Below are positions 35,477-48,209 of a stretch of DNA of 59,008 nt, one piece after another; the stretch's first letter is position 1, and each line of letters begins with the position of its first letter. The notes beneath the pieces are model-generated. The model had not been told where the DNA came from, made no database searches, and saw nothing but the letters and a program-made list of their open reading frames with translations. A program made the position numbers and the translations under genes. Where the stretch lies: contig CBDDTI010000352.1 in the NCBI GenBank assembly GCA_965233585.1, forward strand, positions 1 to 59,008. Reading direction: 5' to 3'. This DNA comes from a bacterium. GTDB taxonomy: Bacteria; SAR324; NAC60-12.

Positions 35477-36058
35477 GATACACAATAGTGTGGTTTGTTT
35501 GAGGGTACACTATTGTGTCCAGCTGCTTCCTGAGGTCATGATTTTTAGATTTTTTCAATCAGTTCCTTTACCTTTTCCTTTGCTAGCTAAAGTTTTTTCC
35601 TTTTAATTAATTCCTTTCTTAGTTTCTTTCATTTGAAATTCTCAGAAATGACCAGTTTCCCAAAATATATGATGCCTTATTAAAACCCAATTAAAAAAAC
35701 ATCACTCAAACAATTTTTCAAGGGGGTAGTCCATGAGCAACCCTGATACACAATAGTGTGGTTTGTTTGGAAGGTGCACTATTGTGTCCAGCTGCTTCCT
35801 GAGGGTATGTTTTTTTTCAACCATTTCCTTTTCCTGTTCCTTTGCTAAAGTTTGTTTCTTTTATTTTCTCAATTAGTTTCTTTTATTTAGAATTCTCAGA
35901 AATGCCAAATTTCCCAAAATATATGATGCCTTATTAAAACCCAATTAAAAAATATCACTCAGACAATTTTTCAAGGGGGTAGTCCATCAGCAACCCTGAT
36001 ACACAATAGTGTGGTTTGTTTGAGGGTACACTATTGTGTCCAGCTGCTTCCTGAGTTG
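35477..36058. repeat. Hybrid array of 3 hairpin repeats at the duplication junction
   Basis: First unit matches the unit at 5099; the last two match 29798 and 30049. Confidence 0.88.
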
Positions 36059-36688
36059 ATTTTTTGTTGCATTCCCTGTACCTTTTCCTTTGCTAAGATT
36101 TTTTTTTTGCTGTTTGAGTTTGAGTTTCTTTCATGTAAAATGCTCAGAAATGCTCAATTTCTTAAAACATATGGTGCCTCATTTAATCCCAATTAAAAAA
36201 CAGCATCCAACTCAGTGATTGCAGCCAGCTTCAATCTCCTTTTCATCCAATGCCTCTAAGATCTGATGCTGTTGAGGAGCTGAGACATGATGAGAATTCA
36301 AAGTAGCTGATGATTGCTTAGTCTGTGCCAAGCTTTTAAAAAGTAAAGCCAACTAAGCTCCATCAGAATTGCCCTGAGTGTTCCTCTGGTTGCTGCCAGC
36401 TGATGGCTGCCCAAGAACTTCCTTCTTATCCTCAGGTCCTGCCAGTCCTGCCAGGGTGAAGACAGCTAAGAACAAGATAACCTAATTAATTATTTGGGTT
36501 GCAGAAGCAGCAATGAAGAATCCCACCACATCAGCTGCATTTTTGTACTTGCAAGCTGCTTCTCAGACTTAGCTGATGCCACAAATTTAATGCCAGACTT
36601 AGCTGATTGATTAATTAGCTGCTTAGCTGAGGTGATGCTTCAAAAAAACCACTGAGGCTTTTGCTCAGGCTGCAAACTCACTAATTAA

Positions 36689-37737
36689 TTAGTATGTTTC
36701 CAAATCAGGCTCAGTTGTGCCTTCAGTTGTTGCATTACTCCTCTGAGGAAGCTGCCAAGGAGCATTCTGATGATCATTGGCAGCCTCGGGCTCCTGTCTC
36801 CTCTGAGTTGCATCACTCCCCTGAGCAGCCTGAGCAACCTGCCAAGGAGCAGTCTTAAAAGAAGGTTTGGGTGGAGGCTCCTGTCTCTTCTGAGTTGCAT
36901 CACTCCCCTGAGCAGCCTGAGCAACCTGCCAAGGAGCAGTCTTAAAAGAAGGTTTGGGTGGAGGCTCCTGGCTCTTCTGAGTTGCATCACTCCCCTGAGC
37001 AGCCTGAGCAACCTGCCAAGGAGCAGTCTTCTTAGAAGGTTTGGGTGGAGGCATCTGATGATCATTGGCAGCCTCAGGCCCCTGGGCAGCCTGAGAAGGC
37101 ATGGGGGCAAACACATAAGCCAAAGAAGAAGGAGGAGCCTTGAAGACAGGAGCCTTAGACTGAGACTGCTTCATGTTCTGAAAGCTTTTCTTCTCCTCCA
37201 TCTCAGTCAAAGCAGTGCTGATCTTCTCCTTGGCCTGAGTGAGTTCCAACTGCATCTGAGCTAAGAGGAGTTGCTCATCTTGCATCTTCTTAGCATCCTC
37301 CAAGATCTTGAAAAGAGTAAACTCCTGAGCATCCATGCCATACTTCAGAGCCTCAAGCTTCTGAGTGATCTCATTGTGGATGTTCTCAAGGGAGCCTATT
37401 TCACTGAGATCTTCAGCCCCTTGCACCAGCTTGATGAGCTGAGTGATAGTATGCTCAGGGTCAATCACAGCATATTGGGATTTGTAGTACCCCTCAGATT
37501 TGCTGGCCTGAGCTTTTGGCCTAGCCTTGGCTGAAGGAGCTGGCTTGAACAACTGATACAACTGAGAAGGCCCAGCAGATTTAGGAGGCTCAGCAGGCTC
37601 CAGTTTGTGCATGAACTGAGCACAATAGAAAGGCTCTGTGACAAACACCTGCCAGGGGAGTGGGCAAAGGTTGAGAATCATCTGGTAATACTGAGCAATG
37701 GTCTCCTTAGACCACCCATTGATATCCTGCAGGGTTG
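36689..37737 (-). CDS. Module 1 coiled-coil protein, intact copy
   Basis: 358-aa open frame DINGWSKETIAQYYQMILNLCPLPW...AQFM, coiled coil, 29-aa repeats. Confidence 0.7.
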
Positions 37738-37840
37738 TAAGGGATGTGAAAAACCTATCAAACATACATTACAGTTTAGTGATGAATTAATTAATTATAT
37801 GATTAGTTAATTGACTAGTAATCAAATCATGCCCACATGC

Positions 37841-38134
37841 TCAGAAACACAAAGAACAAATGCATTCACACATGTTCAAACCCATGTCCTTGCAGAAGGT
37901 GCAGCCATTCTGAAATGGGATCCTGCTGAGCATCACCTTAGACCTGCAGTTAGGACACTGAACATAAGGCTCTTCATCATACCTTGGGTAATGTATGATC
38001 TCCTTAGGATCTGAGCCAGGACCAAATAGATCCTCCACTGAGGGAAAACTTGATGAAGGCCTCAGTCTGATCACAATGTGAGGGCCTGCCATAGCCCAGC
38101 TTAAGCCATGTGGGACTGAGTGAGGTTTGTCCAT
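37841..38134 (-). CDS. Module 1 Zn-ribbon-like protein copy 3
   Basis: Identical to 1514..1807. Confidence 0.65.
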   Translation of the reverse strand: MDKPHSVPHGLSWAMAGPHIVIRLRPSSSFPSVEDLFGPGSDPKEIIHYPRYDEEPYVQCPNCRSKVMLSRIPFQNGCTFCKDMGLNMCECICSLCF

Positions 38135-38213
38135 GGCTGAGTTGCAGCTGAGTTGGGATTCAAATATGCTCACTATGGGCTTGAGTTCATTAAGCAGCTG
38201 AGCTATCACACAA

Positions 38214-38444
38214 TCATGCATTCCTGAACAAAGCTGAGCACAAGTCCAAGACCATGAGCAAGCTTGGAACCAACCCCACACCACCAGAACCAACCCTGAG
38301 TCCTCTCTCAGCTTTGCCACCCTTCTGAGATGCATCCTTAGGGTTGAGCTTCAGGTAATCCACAACTTCTTTTGCTGAGAGACCATAATCTTCAATTGCC
38401 TGAAGAAAGACTTGTCTCTGCTCCTGAGAAAACTTTGGTGCCAT
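38214..38444 (-). CDS. Module 1 small helical protein copy 3
   Basis: Identical to 1887..2117. Confidence 0.5.
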   Translation of the reverse strand: MAPKFSQEQRQVFLQAIEDYGLSAKEVVDYLKLNPKDASQKGGKAERGLRVGSGGVGLVPSLLMVLDLCSALFRNA

Positions 38445-39029
38445 GGCTGAGGAAGTGAACTGGCTAGCCTGAGAGCTTCTTAAACTTGGGATTGAGCCCT
38501 CACAAGCTGAGAAATGGACCCTTGCTGAGGTGAACACAAGAAAAACCAATTGAAAATAATTAATTAACTTGAAGTCAACTGAAAATCCTTTGAAATCAAT
38601 TGGAAGTAAATTGATTTAAATTGAACATCAATTGGAATCAATTGGAAATCAGTTGAAAGTAATTGATTAATTAATTTAAAATCAATTGAAAATGCATTGA
38701 AATTCAACTTACTTCAATTGAAAATTCATTGAAAGTAAATAGATATCAACTGAACATAATTAATTAATTAATTACTTATGTTTGTTTTGGTGGTCCACTA
38801 TTGTGTTCAGCTACTTATTGAGGTGAATTGTCTTTAGAAACATTCCCTTTACCTTTTTCCTGTGCTAAAGTTTTTTCTTAGAATTATGTGTCAACCCAGA
38901 CCATGTCACAGTTCCTTATCACTTTTTTTTGCTTACACTGAATGTCAAAGCTTTATTTGCTGAGATTTGCGCAGTTTGGCTCAGAACATAGTATATAGCA
39001 AATAATGTTTTTCTAAGAGTTTGCTGAGA

Positions 39030-41285
39030 TCTAAACTAAGAATAATGCTCATGAGCCAGATTGAAAATGAATCTCAGCTGAGAGGAAGAGACAGGTAGCC
39101 TTGCTTAGAAGGCACCTGAGGAAATTGAAAATTAATTACTGCTGAGAATTTTTTCTCAGCACTTGCAGATCCAAAGAACCACTCAAGTTCTTTCTCATGA
39201 GCATCTACCTGAGCTGCAGGCTACATCAAATTTTAACAATGTCTTCAGTTGAAAAAATAATCATGTTCCAAAAACATTGATGGCCCAAAAGTAAAAATAC
39301 ATTTTTCAATGAGCAACCTCAGTCTGAGTGTTCCAAGGTGGAAGTGCATCAGGAGGAGAAATGTCACTGAGGTCAATGGAGTCCAATACTGAGAATTTCT
39401 CAGCCTGAGAAGGAAATAATAAACACAACATCACATGAACTAGTTAATCTAAAGACTATGTTGAAGTTGTTGCTTACCCCAATGCTCAAGTTAAAACAAA
39501 CTAATTCAAGCTGAGCAATCTTGGTTTTCAGGCCATTTTGCCTGGTCAGAGCAGCTTGGTAATGCTGCTTAGCCATACTCCATCCTGAGGTGTGAGTAAG
39601 ATTATGCTCTAAGTCAAACTCCTTGCGCATAAAGACTGATTCAAGCTCTGGGCGCATTGTGTTCTGCACCAGAAGCACCTCATGGCTGAGCTCTTGCTCA
39701 GATGCCTCAGTCTTGTAGATGGCCTGAGATTGTTTGGCATCACAGCATGGTAAAAGATATTGCTGATCAGTTAAACTTAAGAAAGAACTAATGAAAAGTA
39801 AAATTGCAAATAGAAAAAATACCAACACAAAAAAATGTCATTGATTAATTATCCTGAGTTGCTCTGAGAAAACGCTGATATTGCACCCCCTCCTGGATGC
39901 TGAGGATAGCTGTGCTGAGCAACAAATCCCATTCCATCTCTAAGTCCTCAGTTGCTGAAGCATTCTTGTTTCATTAATTACTAAGCACACAGATTTGATC
40001 TTAAACAAATCTATTAATTGATTAATTAATTAATATAATTGATTAATTAGTTAATTCATTAATTAATTGCATTGAAAAAAACATAAAACTGACAGTGGCT
40101 TTAACCAAGACACCATGTTGGTATACTGAGAGACTCCTTTACTTCCACTCAGAAAGGACCACTTCTGAGTGTTTATGAACTCCAAATAGAGCTGAGATCC
40201 TCCAGCCTGGGGGCTGAAGTCATTGAAGTGCTGCTTGAGGTGTCTCAGGACATCCCATGGCCTCCCCTGAGAAAGGTCCACCCTGAGTTCCATTGATTGC
40301 AGCTTGGAGTTGCCATACTCAGATGAGGTCAAGTGTTCTTGACTGAGCTCCCACATCTCCTGGCTGGGTCAAATGAACCAACTAAAAAGGAATATGTTTT
40401 TTTGAGATAATTCATTAATTAATATGGAAAGCATCAACCTTAGGCCATCATCTTTCTGACATATGCTCAAGTGCCACCAAGTTTCCTCCCTCAGGTTGCC
40501 TATCTGAGTGTCCAGTTTCTCAACTGAGTTACTGAACAGCTTCAGATCAGAGGATATCTCAAGCAAAGTCTTGAGGATGATGCTCAGGAGGATGATAGCT
40601 GAGCATATTCCCTTGGCATTGCAACCAAGAACTTATCAAGAATGTGTCTAAAAATGATAGGAACCCAGTTATTTGCTTGGAGAAGGCTAGTGGAGAAACA
40701 AAAGTGTTTATTTACTTAAATCTTGCCCAAGATCCAGCTGAGAACTGGTCAAGAGTGGTTCCAACCCACTCAGCCTCTTGCTCAGATCAACTGAGTTGCA
40801 GCCTGCAATGCAGGCTGCATGAGATGGAAAAACCATATTTCCTCAATTAATTAATGCGGTTAACAAAAACCCATTCAATAGCCCAAGGTTTAAAACCAAA
40901 AAGCTGAGATGCAAGCTCAGATGCTGGCAATGCTTATCCCTGAGCTCATCACCAAGGCCAAGAAAGCAAAGGTTTTGAGCTGAGTTGAAATAGCCATGCT
41001 GAGCCTTGGCTGACAAGATTAGAATTTAGCAACTGAAAACTGAAACAAGGTAATTAATTAAGTAATTAAATATACCACTTTTATACAGTAATTAATTGAC
41101 AACCTCTATTTCATAGGAAAAAACTTGATACAATAAAAAAAATGCAACAAAAAACAAAACTTAAATTTCATTGACAATCTCAGGAACACAGTTGACAGGA
41201 GCTGAAGGAAGCTGAGGCTGCTCTGGGCACTGCTGAGCTTTGGATGCTGCTGTGCACACATGCAAGCTCTGAGGCAAAACATCAG
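39030..41285 (-). CDS. Probable multi-exon unknown gene copy 3
   Basis: Near-identical to 2700-4950. Confidence 0.4.
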
Positions 41286-41435
41286 GTTTTGTTTAATTGT
41301 AATTACTTTCTTAGTTTCTTTCATTTGAAATTCCCAGAAATGCCCAATTTCCCAAACTATATAATGCCTTATTAAAACCCAATTTAAATACATCTCTCAA
41401 ACAATTTTTCAAGGTGGTAGTCCATGAGCAACCCT

Positions 41436-42430
41436 GATACACAATAGTGTGGTTTGTTTGAGGGTACACTATTGTGTCCAGCTGCTTCCTGAGGTCATGA
41501 TTTTTAGATTTTTTCAATCAGTTCCTTTACCTTTTCCTTTGCTAGCTAAAGTTTTTTCCTTTTAATTAATTCCTTTCTTAGTTTCTTTCATTTGAAATTC
41601 TCAGAAATGCACAGTTTCCCAAAATATATGATGCCTTATTAAAACCCAATTAAAAAACATCACTCAAACAATTTTTCAAAGGGGTAGTCCATGAGCAAGC
41701 CTGATACACAATAGTGTGGTTTGTTTGAGGGTACACTATTGTGTCCAGCTGCTTCCTGAGGTTATGTGTTTTTTTTGAACCAGTTCCTTTCCCTTTTCCT
41801 TTGTTAAAGTTTGTTTCCCTTTTACTTAGCCTCATCCTTCTTGGAATCAAAACCAAAGGCTTTCCAAAGGATTAGTTTCAGCCAACCAAAAAAAGACATG
41901 AATGATCCTGATACACAATAGTATGGTTTGTTTGAGGGTACACTATTGTGTCCAGCTGCTTCCTGAGGTGACTTTGTTTTTTACCATTCCCTTTACCTTT
42001 TCCTTTGCTAAAGTTTTTTCCTTTTAATTAATTCCTTCTTAATTAGTTTCTTTCATTTGAAATTCCCAGAAATGCTCAATTTCCCAAAATTTATGATGCC
42101 TTATTAAAACCCAATTTAAAAACATCACCCAGACAATTTTTCAAGGGGGTAGTCCATGAGCAACCCTGATACACAATAGTATGGTTTGTTTGGGGGTACA
42201 CTATTGTGTCCAGCTGCTTCCTGATGTGTTTTTTTTCAACCATTTCCTTTCCCTTTTCCTTTGCTAAAGTTTTTCCTTTTAATTACTTAGCTTCATTCTT
42301 CTTGGAATCAAAACCAAAGGCTTTCCAAAGGATTAGTTTCAGCTAACCAAACAAACACATGAACGATCATGATACACAATAGTATGGTTTGTTTGAGGGT
42401 ACACTATTGTGTCCAACTGCTTCCTGAGGT
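41436..42430. repeat. Array of 5 hairpin repeats
   Basis: Copy of 5099-6095. Confidence 0.9.
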
Positions 42431-43067
42431 GATTTTGTTTTTAAACATTCCCTTTACCTTTTCCTTTGCTAAAGCTGTCTTCCTTTTAATTTCAGTAATT
42501 ACTTTCTTAGTTTCATTTGAAATTTTCAAAAATTCTCAGTTAGTTAATTATATAATTAATTAATTATAGCAATTGTTGGTTCCTTCTGCTGAGCTCAACC
42601 TTAGTCATTGGAAGTTTACCCAATCCCATCACTTTCCCAAACTTCTTTTTGGCCATGCATTTTGCTCATAGTGCTTTGCTGAGGCATACTGAGCCTTGCT
42701 CAGGACAAAGTTGAAAAAACCATTGAAGCTGGCTGAGGTAGAACATGATGTAGATCATGCTGAGATCCTGTCAGGGACAAAATGCTGAAAGCAAAACATT
42801 CAACTGTCTGGCACTAATTAATCTCATTGCATATTGTTCATTGAATAATTACTCAAAAAAAGTAAGTAACTACACATCATTGTGTGTTAAACAAATTGAC
42901 TATGCAGTCAAATGCATCCAACAATTAACATACTTAATTACTGTAGAAGCCCTCCACATCCCTTCAGAGCTGCACACTGTTTTCCTTAGCTTGAAGCTGC
43001 ATGGATTGCTTGTGATAGCAAATTTTAAAAAAAGACACTGAGATTTTACTCAGTGATGCTGATGCTT

Positions 43068-43796
43068 TCAGTCAGCTGCCTTGCTCTTATCAGAATCCTC
43101 CTCAGCATCTTCTTGGTGCTCACTGCTCTTAGAAGGCTGAGAATCTCCCTGAGTTTGCTTTTGTTTCTCCTCCAAAAATTCAAGAATCTGAGCATCAGTG
43201 AGTTTAAGGGCTTTTCTGATGGCTTCAAATTGGATGGTAGCTTCCTCCAAATTTTTCTGATCCTCAGATTGGATGCTGCTGCTTCCTGAGCTATTCTTCT
43301 TCTCTTCCTCTTTCTGAGCCATGCTTTTGATGAGCTTGTGCTTAGCATCTTCAAACTGGATCTTAGTCTCATGCCACTGATTCATGAGGTCCTCCATGAG
43401 CTCAATGTCTTTCCTGAGCTTGTTCACAGTTGCATGCTGAGCATCCTCAGCTGCAGTGATAGTTTGGCTGAGCAAGATGAAGTCCTCATGGTAATCACTG
43501 AGAGCCAACCAATTTCCAGTCTTCTCAGCTTTGGCCACCTCCTCCTTCAAGACATCTATCTGCCTCTGAGCATCATTCTTCTGTATCTCATTGATGCAGA
43601 AGGTTTCCATCCAAGGGCTGAGGTCTGAGGTTGAAGAAGCAGCAGGAGATGGTTTCTCAGGCCTGGCCTCCTGTGCCATGAACTGAGCAACACCAAACTC
43701 TGCTTCCACTGAGTTGGCCCATGGCAAAGGATTCATGCTGAGGATATTGCTGTAGTAGGCCTGAATCACATACTTAGGCCACCCAGCTGAGTCCTG
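43068..43796 (-). CDS. Module 2 coiled-coil protein copy 2
   Basis: Same translation as 6733..7434. Confidence 0.65.
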   Translation of the reverse strand, partial: QDSAGWPKYVIQAYYSNILSMNPLPWANSVEAEFGVAQFMAQEARPEKPSPAASSTSDLSPWMETFCINEIQKNDAQRQIDVLKEEVAKAEKTGNWLALSDYHEDFILLSQTITAAEDAQHATVNKLRKDIELMEDLMNQWHETKIQFEDAKHKLIKSMAQKEEEKKNSSGSSSIQSEDQKNLEEATIQFEAIRKALKLTDAQILEFLEEKQKQTQGDSQPSKSSEHQEDAEEDSDKSKAAD

Positions 43797-43986
43797 ACTG
43801 CCAACTGCTTTGAATGAAACAACAAAGTAAACTGTAATTGATTGTAATTATCAAGTAATTAACCAAGTATTTTTTCAAATTAATTGACTAATATGTGTAT
43901 ATAATTGGTGGTTTTAATTGTCACTGAGGTACTTTTTGACTTCCTGAACACTCAAAAAATATTGAAAAAATAAACATGAAATGATG

Positions 43987-44640
43987 CTAAGCCAACCCAG
44001 GATCATGACATTCTCTGCAGCTAGATTGCCATGGGATCCTGCTGAGCATCACCTTGTGGCCTCTTGGACATTCGAAGTTTGGCTCTCTGAGGTACCTGGG
44101 GTAGATCACAATGTCTTCCTCAGTATGGTGACCCTCTTCCCCAAAGATTTCTGGCAGCTTGATCTCAGGAGGCTCATCAGGAACAAGCTGAGCATGTCTT
44201 GGACCACCCTCACAAGTGAATCTCATGTTGGCTGGGATGGTGTCTAAGACTTTGCTGTAAACTGAGGGGCCTTTTCTGCCCTTCATAGCTTTGCCTTCTG
44301 GAATCATTGATCCTAAGATGGGGTCTCTGCTGGAGAAGGCTTGGGCATGGATTCTGCCTGTTTCTGAGCCCTGGCCTTTGCCCCAGCTTGTGCTATAGCC
44401 TGGGTCTTTGCCATGGCCTCTGCCTTTGCCTGAGTCTTTGCCATAGCCTTTGTCTTTTCCTGAGTCTTTGCCATAGCCATAGTCTTTGCCTTTGTCTTTG
44501 CCTGAGTCTTTGCCTTTGCCTGAGTCTTTGCCAAAGCCTTTGCCATAATAGCCTTGGTCTTTGCCTGAGTCTTTGCTCCACCATTTGCCTGAGCCTTTGC
44601 CCCTAGGCAAAATCAAGCCAGCTTCATCTGGGCCACCCAT
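43987..44640 (-). CDS. Module 2 GK-repeat Zn-ribbon-like protein copy 2
   Basis: Same translation as 7650..8303. Confidence 0.7.
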   Translation of the reverse strand: MGGPDEAGLILPRGKGSGKWWSKDSGKDQGYYGKGFGKDSGKGKDSGKDKGKDYGYGKDSGKDKGYGKDSGKGRGHGKDPGYSTSWGKGQGSETGRIHAQAFSSRDPILGSMIPEGKAMKGRKGPSVYSKVLDTIPANMRFTCEGGPRHAQLVPDEPPEIKLPEIFGEEGHHTEEDIVIYPRYLREPNFECPRGHKVMLSRIPWQSSCRECHDPGLA

Positions 44641-45016
44641 GGCTTGCAAGAAGTGCAGCTGAGTTGGTAGAAATCACACTGAGATCAAAGCAGCTGAGGA
44701 ATCACATAGACATGCATAATTCAACACCATGCAAGCAAAATATCTAGTTGACTAATTCATTTAATTATTATTATATATATATAATTAATGAGTCAATAAA
44801 TATATAATTATTGAATATGATCCATGTGCAAGTAACCACATAGACATGCACATATAAAAATGCTACAACTTCATTGGTTAATTAATTAATTAACCAATTA
44901 GTTAGCTAATTAGCAAATTATTTGATGTCAACATTACTGATAAAACTTGCCAAAAGTCTAAGATTATGGCCAAGCTGAGCACTAATCCCACACCACCAGA
45001 AACACCCTTCAGTCCT

Positions 45017-45556
45017 CTAGGCATCTCCAGTCTTGGCCTTCTTGGACTTGGGCTCAGCATCTGAGGATGGATCTGATGCTGAATCATCATCCTGCTGAGA
45101 GTCACCAAAGACCTGAGAGTCATCATCCTGCTGAGAGTCACCAAAGACCTGAGAGTCATCAGCATGCTGAGAGTCCTCAGTGACCTGCTGGGGCATCCTG
45201 CTGAGCACTTTGTCCCTGATCTCAGCAAGCTCCTCCTTGATCACATCAGCCCTGAGCTTCTCAAAGTTCTGGCAATGCTGGACCCACTGATGCTGCCTGA
45301 GCTCCACAAGTGCCAGCATGTTGATCAGCTCAGCCTTGCACTTGATGAGGTTGATTCCATTTCCCTGAGACTGTCCTCTGAGGCAGGCATGCACCTTGTG
45401 CAGCTCATCAAGGGAAGACCTGAGGTCCTGATGCTCCCCCATGTCGATCTCATGCCTACTGAGGAAGATAAGAGCATCCTGAGGTGTAATGCCAAGATCT
45501 GAGATGAACTTAAGGAGCTTTCCCTCTTCCTGAGTAGTAAGCTTCCCCATTGCCAT
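45017..45556 (-). CDS. Module 2 helical protein with DDSQVFGDSQQ repeats and NLS-like end, intact
   Basis: TCAGCCATGG start; open to PKSKKAKTGDA stop. Confidence 0.65.
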   Translation of the reverse strand: MAMGKLTTQEEGKLLKFISDLGITPQDALIFLSRHEIDMGEHQDLRSSLDELHKVHACLRGQSQGNGINLIKCKAELINMLALVELRQHQWVQHCQNFEKLRADVIKEELAEIRDKVLSRMPQQVTEDSQHADDSQVFGDSQQDDDSQVFGDSQQDDDSASDPSSDAEPKSKKAKTGDA

Positions 45557-46377
45557 GGCTGAACAAGTTAGTGCAGTGGAACTGAGCAAAGGTTCTACTG
45601 GCTGTGTTTGATCCTTCACAAGCTCAAAAATGAACCTGAACCATTGCAAAGAAACTGTGAGGTTGCATACAAGCTCAATCTAAGCCATAACTCATGACAC
45701 CAAATCAAAGTTGAACATATTGTGATTAATTAATGAACAGTTAGTTATAGAAATGGTTGGTTCCTTCAGCTGAGTTCAACCTTAGTCATTGAAACCTTAC
45801 CCAGACCCACCACTTTCCCAAACATTTTCTGGCAATGCCTTTTGCTGATAGTGCTATGCTGATGCATACTGAGCCTTGCTCAGGACAAAGTTGGAAACAA
45901 CTGAGAAGCTAGCTGAGGTAGAAGATGATGTAGCTCACATTCTGAGGTTCTACTTCATAGTGAGTCTCACTATGAAGTAGAACCTCAGTGCCTTGGCTTC
46001 TCCTTCTCCTCAGCACTGAAGATGCTCACAACTAAGAAGGATGATGTAGTCACCAGGTACTCCACTTGCTCAGGATGCTGATGTCCTGTCAGGGACAAAA
46101 AGCTGAGAGCAAAGCATACAACTCTTTGACACTAATCTCAGTGTATAGTGTTCATTGAATAATTAATCAGATAAATAAGTCTCTACCCATCAATGTGTCA
46201 AACAAATTGACTATGCAATCAAATACTTCCAACAATTAACATGCAGAAGAAGCCCTCCACATCCCTTCAGATCTGCACACTTTTTTCCTTCATTCAAGCT
46301 GCATGGATTGCTTCTGAAAGCAAATTTAAAAAGGACACTGAGATTTCACTCAGTGATGTTCCATCTGCCTGAGGCAG

Positions 46378-47106
46378 CTACTCATCCTCATCATTCTGAG
46401 ATTTTTGTTTCTTAGGTGGAGGGCTGAGCAAATAGAGAACCCTCTGCCTTGAGATTGGCAGCTTCTCTATGAAATCTTCAATTTCCTGAGTCATGAAAGC
46501 ATCCTGAGCCTCCTGAGCCTCCCTCTCAGCTTTTTCAGCCTCCTGCTGAGCCTCCTCCTCAGCTAGTACTGCATCTTTCATTAAAAGCATGTTCTCATGG
46601 GTTCCTTGGAAAGCAATGATGTTGTTTGAAATCTCCTGAGACACATCTTCCATCAAGCTGAGATCCTTTTTCAGTCTGGCCACAGTCCTTTCCTGCATTT
46701 TCTGAGCTGTTTCCATCAATTCTATGCATTCTTTGAGCTCATCCATGTGAACTAACAGGTCCTCCAGAGGTTGATCATTCATGGAAGCATCTGAGAGAAG
46801 CAGAGCCATTGCTGAGCACCTACCCTCAGGATCCATCTGCTGGAGCTGGTTGAAGTAGTATGCTTCACCACTAGGACACTCACTGGCCTGAGGTGGATCA
46901 GCTGGCCTTGCCTTAGGCATCACTGGTGTGCCTAGAGGCTCAGGAGGACGCTGAGAAGATGAAGGCCTAGAAGCAGAAGGATCACCTTCCATGAACTGAG
47001 CCTTACCATAATCTGCCTTCACTGACTTAGCCCATGGCAATGGATCCATGCTGAGAATCCTGGTGTAGTACCACTGGATCACCCACTGAGGCCATCCATC
47101 TGAGCC
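46378..47106 (-). CDS. Module 3 coiled-coil protein copy 2
   Basis: One aa difference from 10041..10745. Confidence 0.65.
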   Translation of the reverse strand, partial: GSDGWPQWVIQWYYTRILSMDPLPWAKSVKADYGKAQFMEGDPSASRPSSSQRPPEPLGTPVMPKARPADPPQASECPSGEAYYFNQLQQMDPEGRCSAMALLLSDASMNDQPLEDLLVHMDELKECIELMETAQKMQERTVARLKKDLSLMEDVSQEISNNIIAFQGTHENMLLMKDAVLAEEEAQQEAEKAEREAQEAQDAFMTQEIEDFIEKLPISRQRVLYLLSPPPKKQKSQNDEDE

Positions 47107-47351
47107 CTCAATGCAAGCTGCTTTGAGTGAAACAAAAAAAGTAGACTGTAATTGATCAATTAATTCATGATGTTACCAAGTAATGAATTGCTCAATTAAT
47201 TAATTAATTGGCTAATTAATTAATTAATTATATGATTAATGTTGTTTGCTTTGTTTTGAACTGTCACTGAGGTACTTGTAATTAGCAGTAATACTTTAGT
47301 TCAAAGCACATAAAAATCAGGAACAAACAGGTAAACAAAAATAACATTATT

Positions 47352-47727
47352 CTAAGTCCACCCAGGAACTCTGCATTTGCCACATCCTGACTGCCAAGGA
47401 ATTCTGCTGAGAAAAATGTCAGCTCCACAGGAACCACAGGCAACCTTAGGCTCATCCCAAGTACCTGGGGTACTTGACCATAACTTCCTTATCCTGATTC
47501 TGGAACAGCTCAGAGATGTAAGGTCTCTTAGGATCACATGGTTGCACCAACTGAGCATGCTTTCCATTCTCTGATCTATACACCATTCCAGCAGGAATAG
47601 TGCTGAGGAGATGCTGAGGTACCCAGGGCCCAAATCTGCCCTCAGCATCCTTTTTTCCTGAGCCTTGGGCAGCTGTCCTCTGCTGCCAAGGGTGATTCTG
47701 CTGACTAGCAGCAGTGTTTGAACTCAT
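47352..47727 (-). pseudogene. Module 3 Zn-ribbon-like protein copy 2 (same frameshift)
   Basis: Identical to 11018..11393. Confidence 0.65.
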
Positions 47728-48209
47728 GGCTTGCAAGAAGTGCAGCTGAGTTGGTGGAAATCGCACTGAGATCAAAGCAGCTGAGGAATCACATAGACAT
47801 GCATAATTCAACACCATGCAAGCAAAATATCTAGTTGACTAATTCATTTATTACAATTATATATAATGAATCAATAAATATATAGTTATTGAATATGATG
47901 CATGTGCAAGTAATTATAAGAAACTTACACATGCATAAGCATGCATTACTGATCAAGATTGCCACAGGTCTGAGGCCATGGTCAAGCTGAGCACCAATCC
48001 TACCCCACCAGAAACACCCTTCAGTCCTCTGGAGCTAAGTGATCTCATGGTGCTGAGTGATTCCAGCATGCTCTTCAGCAGCACCATTGCTGAGAAAATC
48101 AACACAGTTGGATCTGAGCCTTCACAAGCTTTGGTATATAACATCAAAACTAAGTAAAGATTTTCCAAAGGATGAGTTTCAGCCAACCAAAAAAAACATG
48201 AATGATCAT

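Larger units (their letters stand above)
29694..41605. repeat. Tandem duplication of ~5.95 kb (29694-35640 and 35640-41605)
   Basis: Near-identical ORFs offset by about 5956 bp (30733 vs 36689); crossover in the array linker AATTCTCAGAAATG near 35637-35650. Confidence 0.88.
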
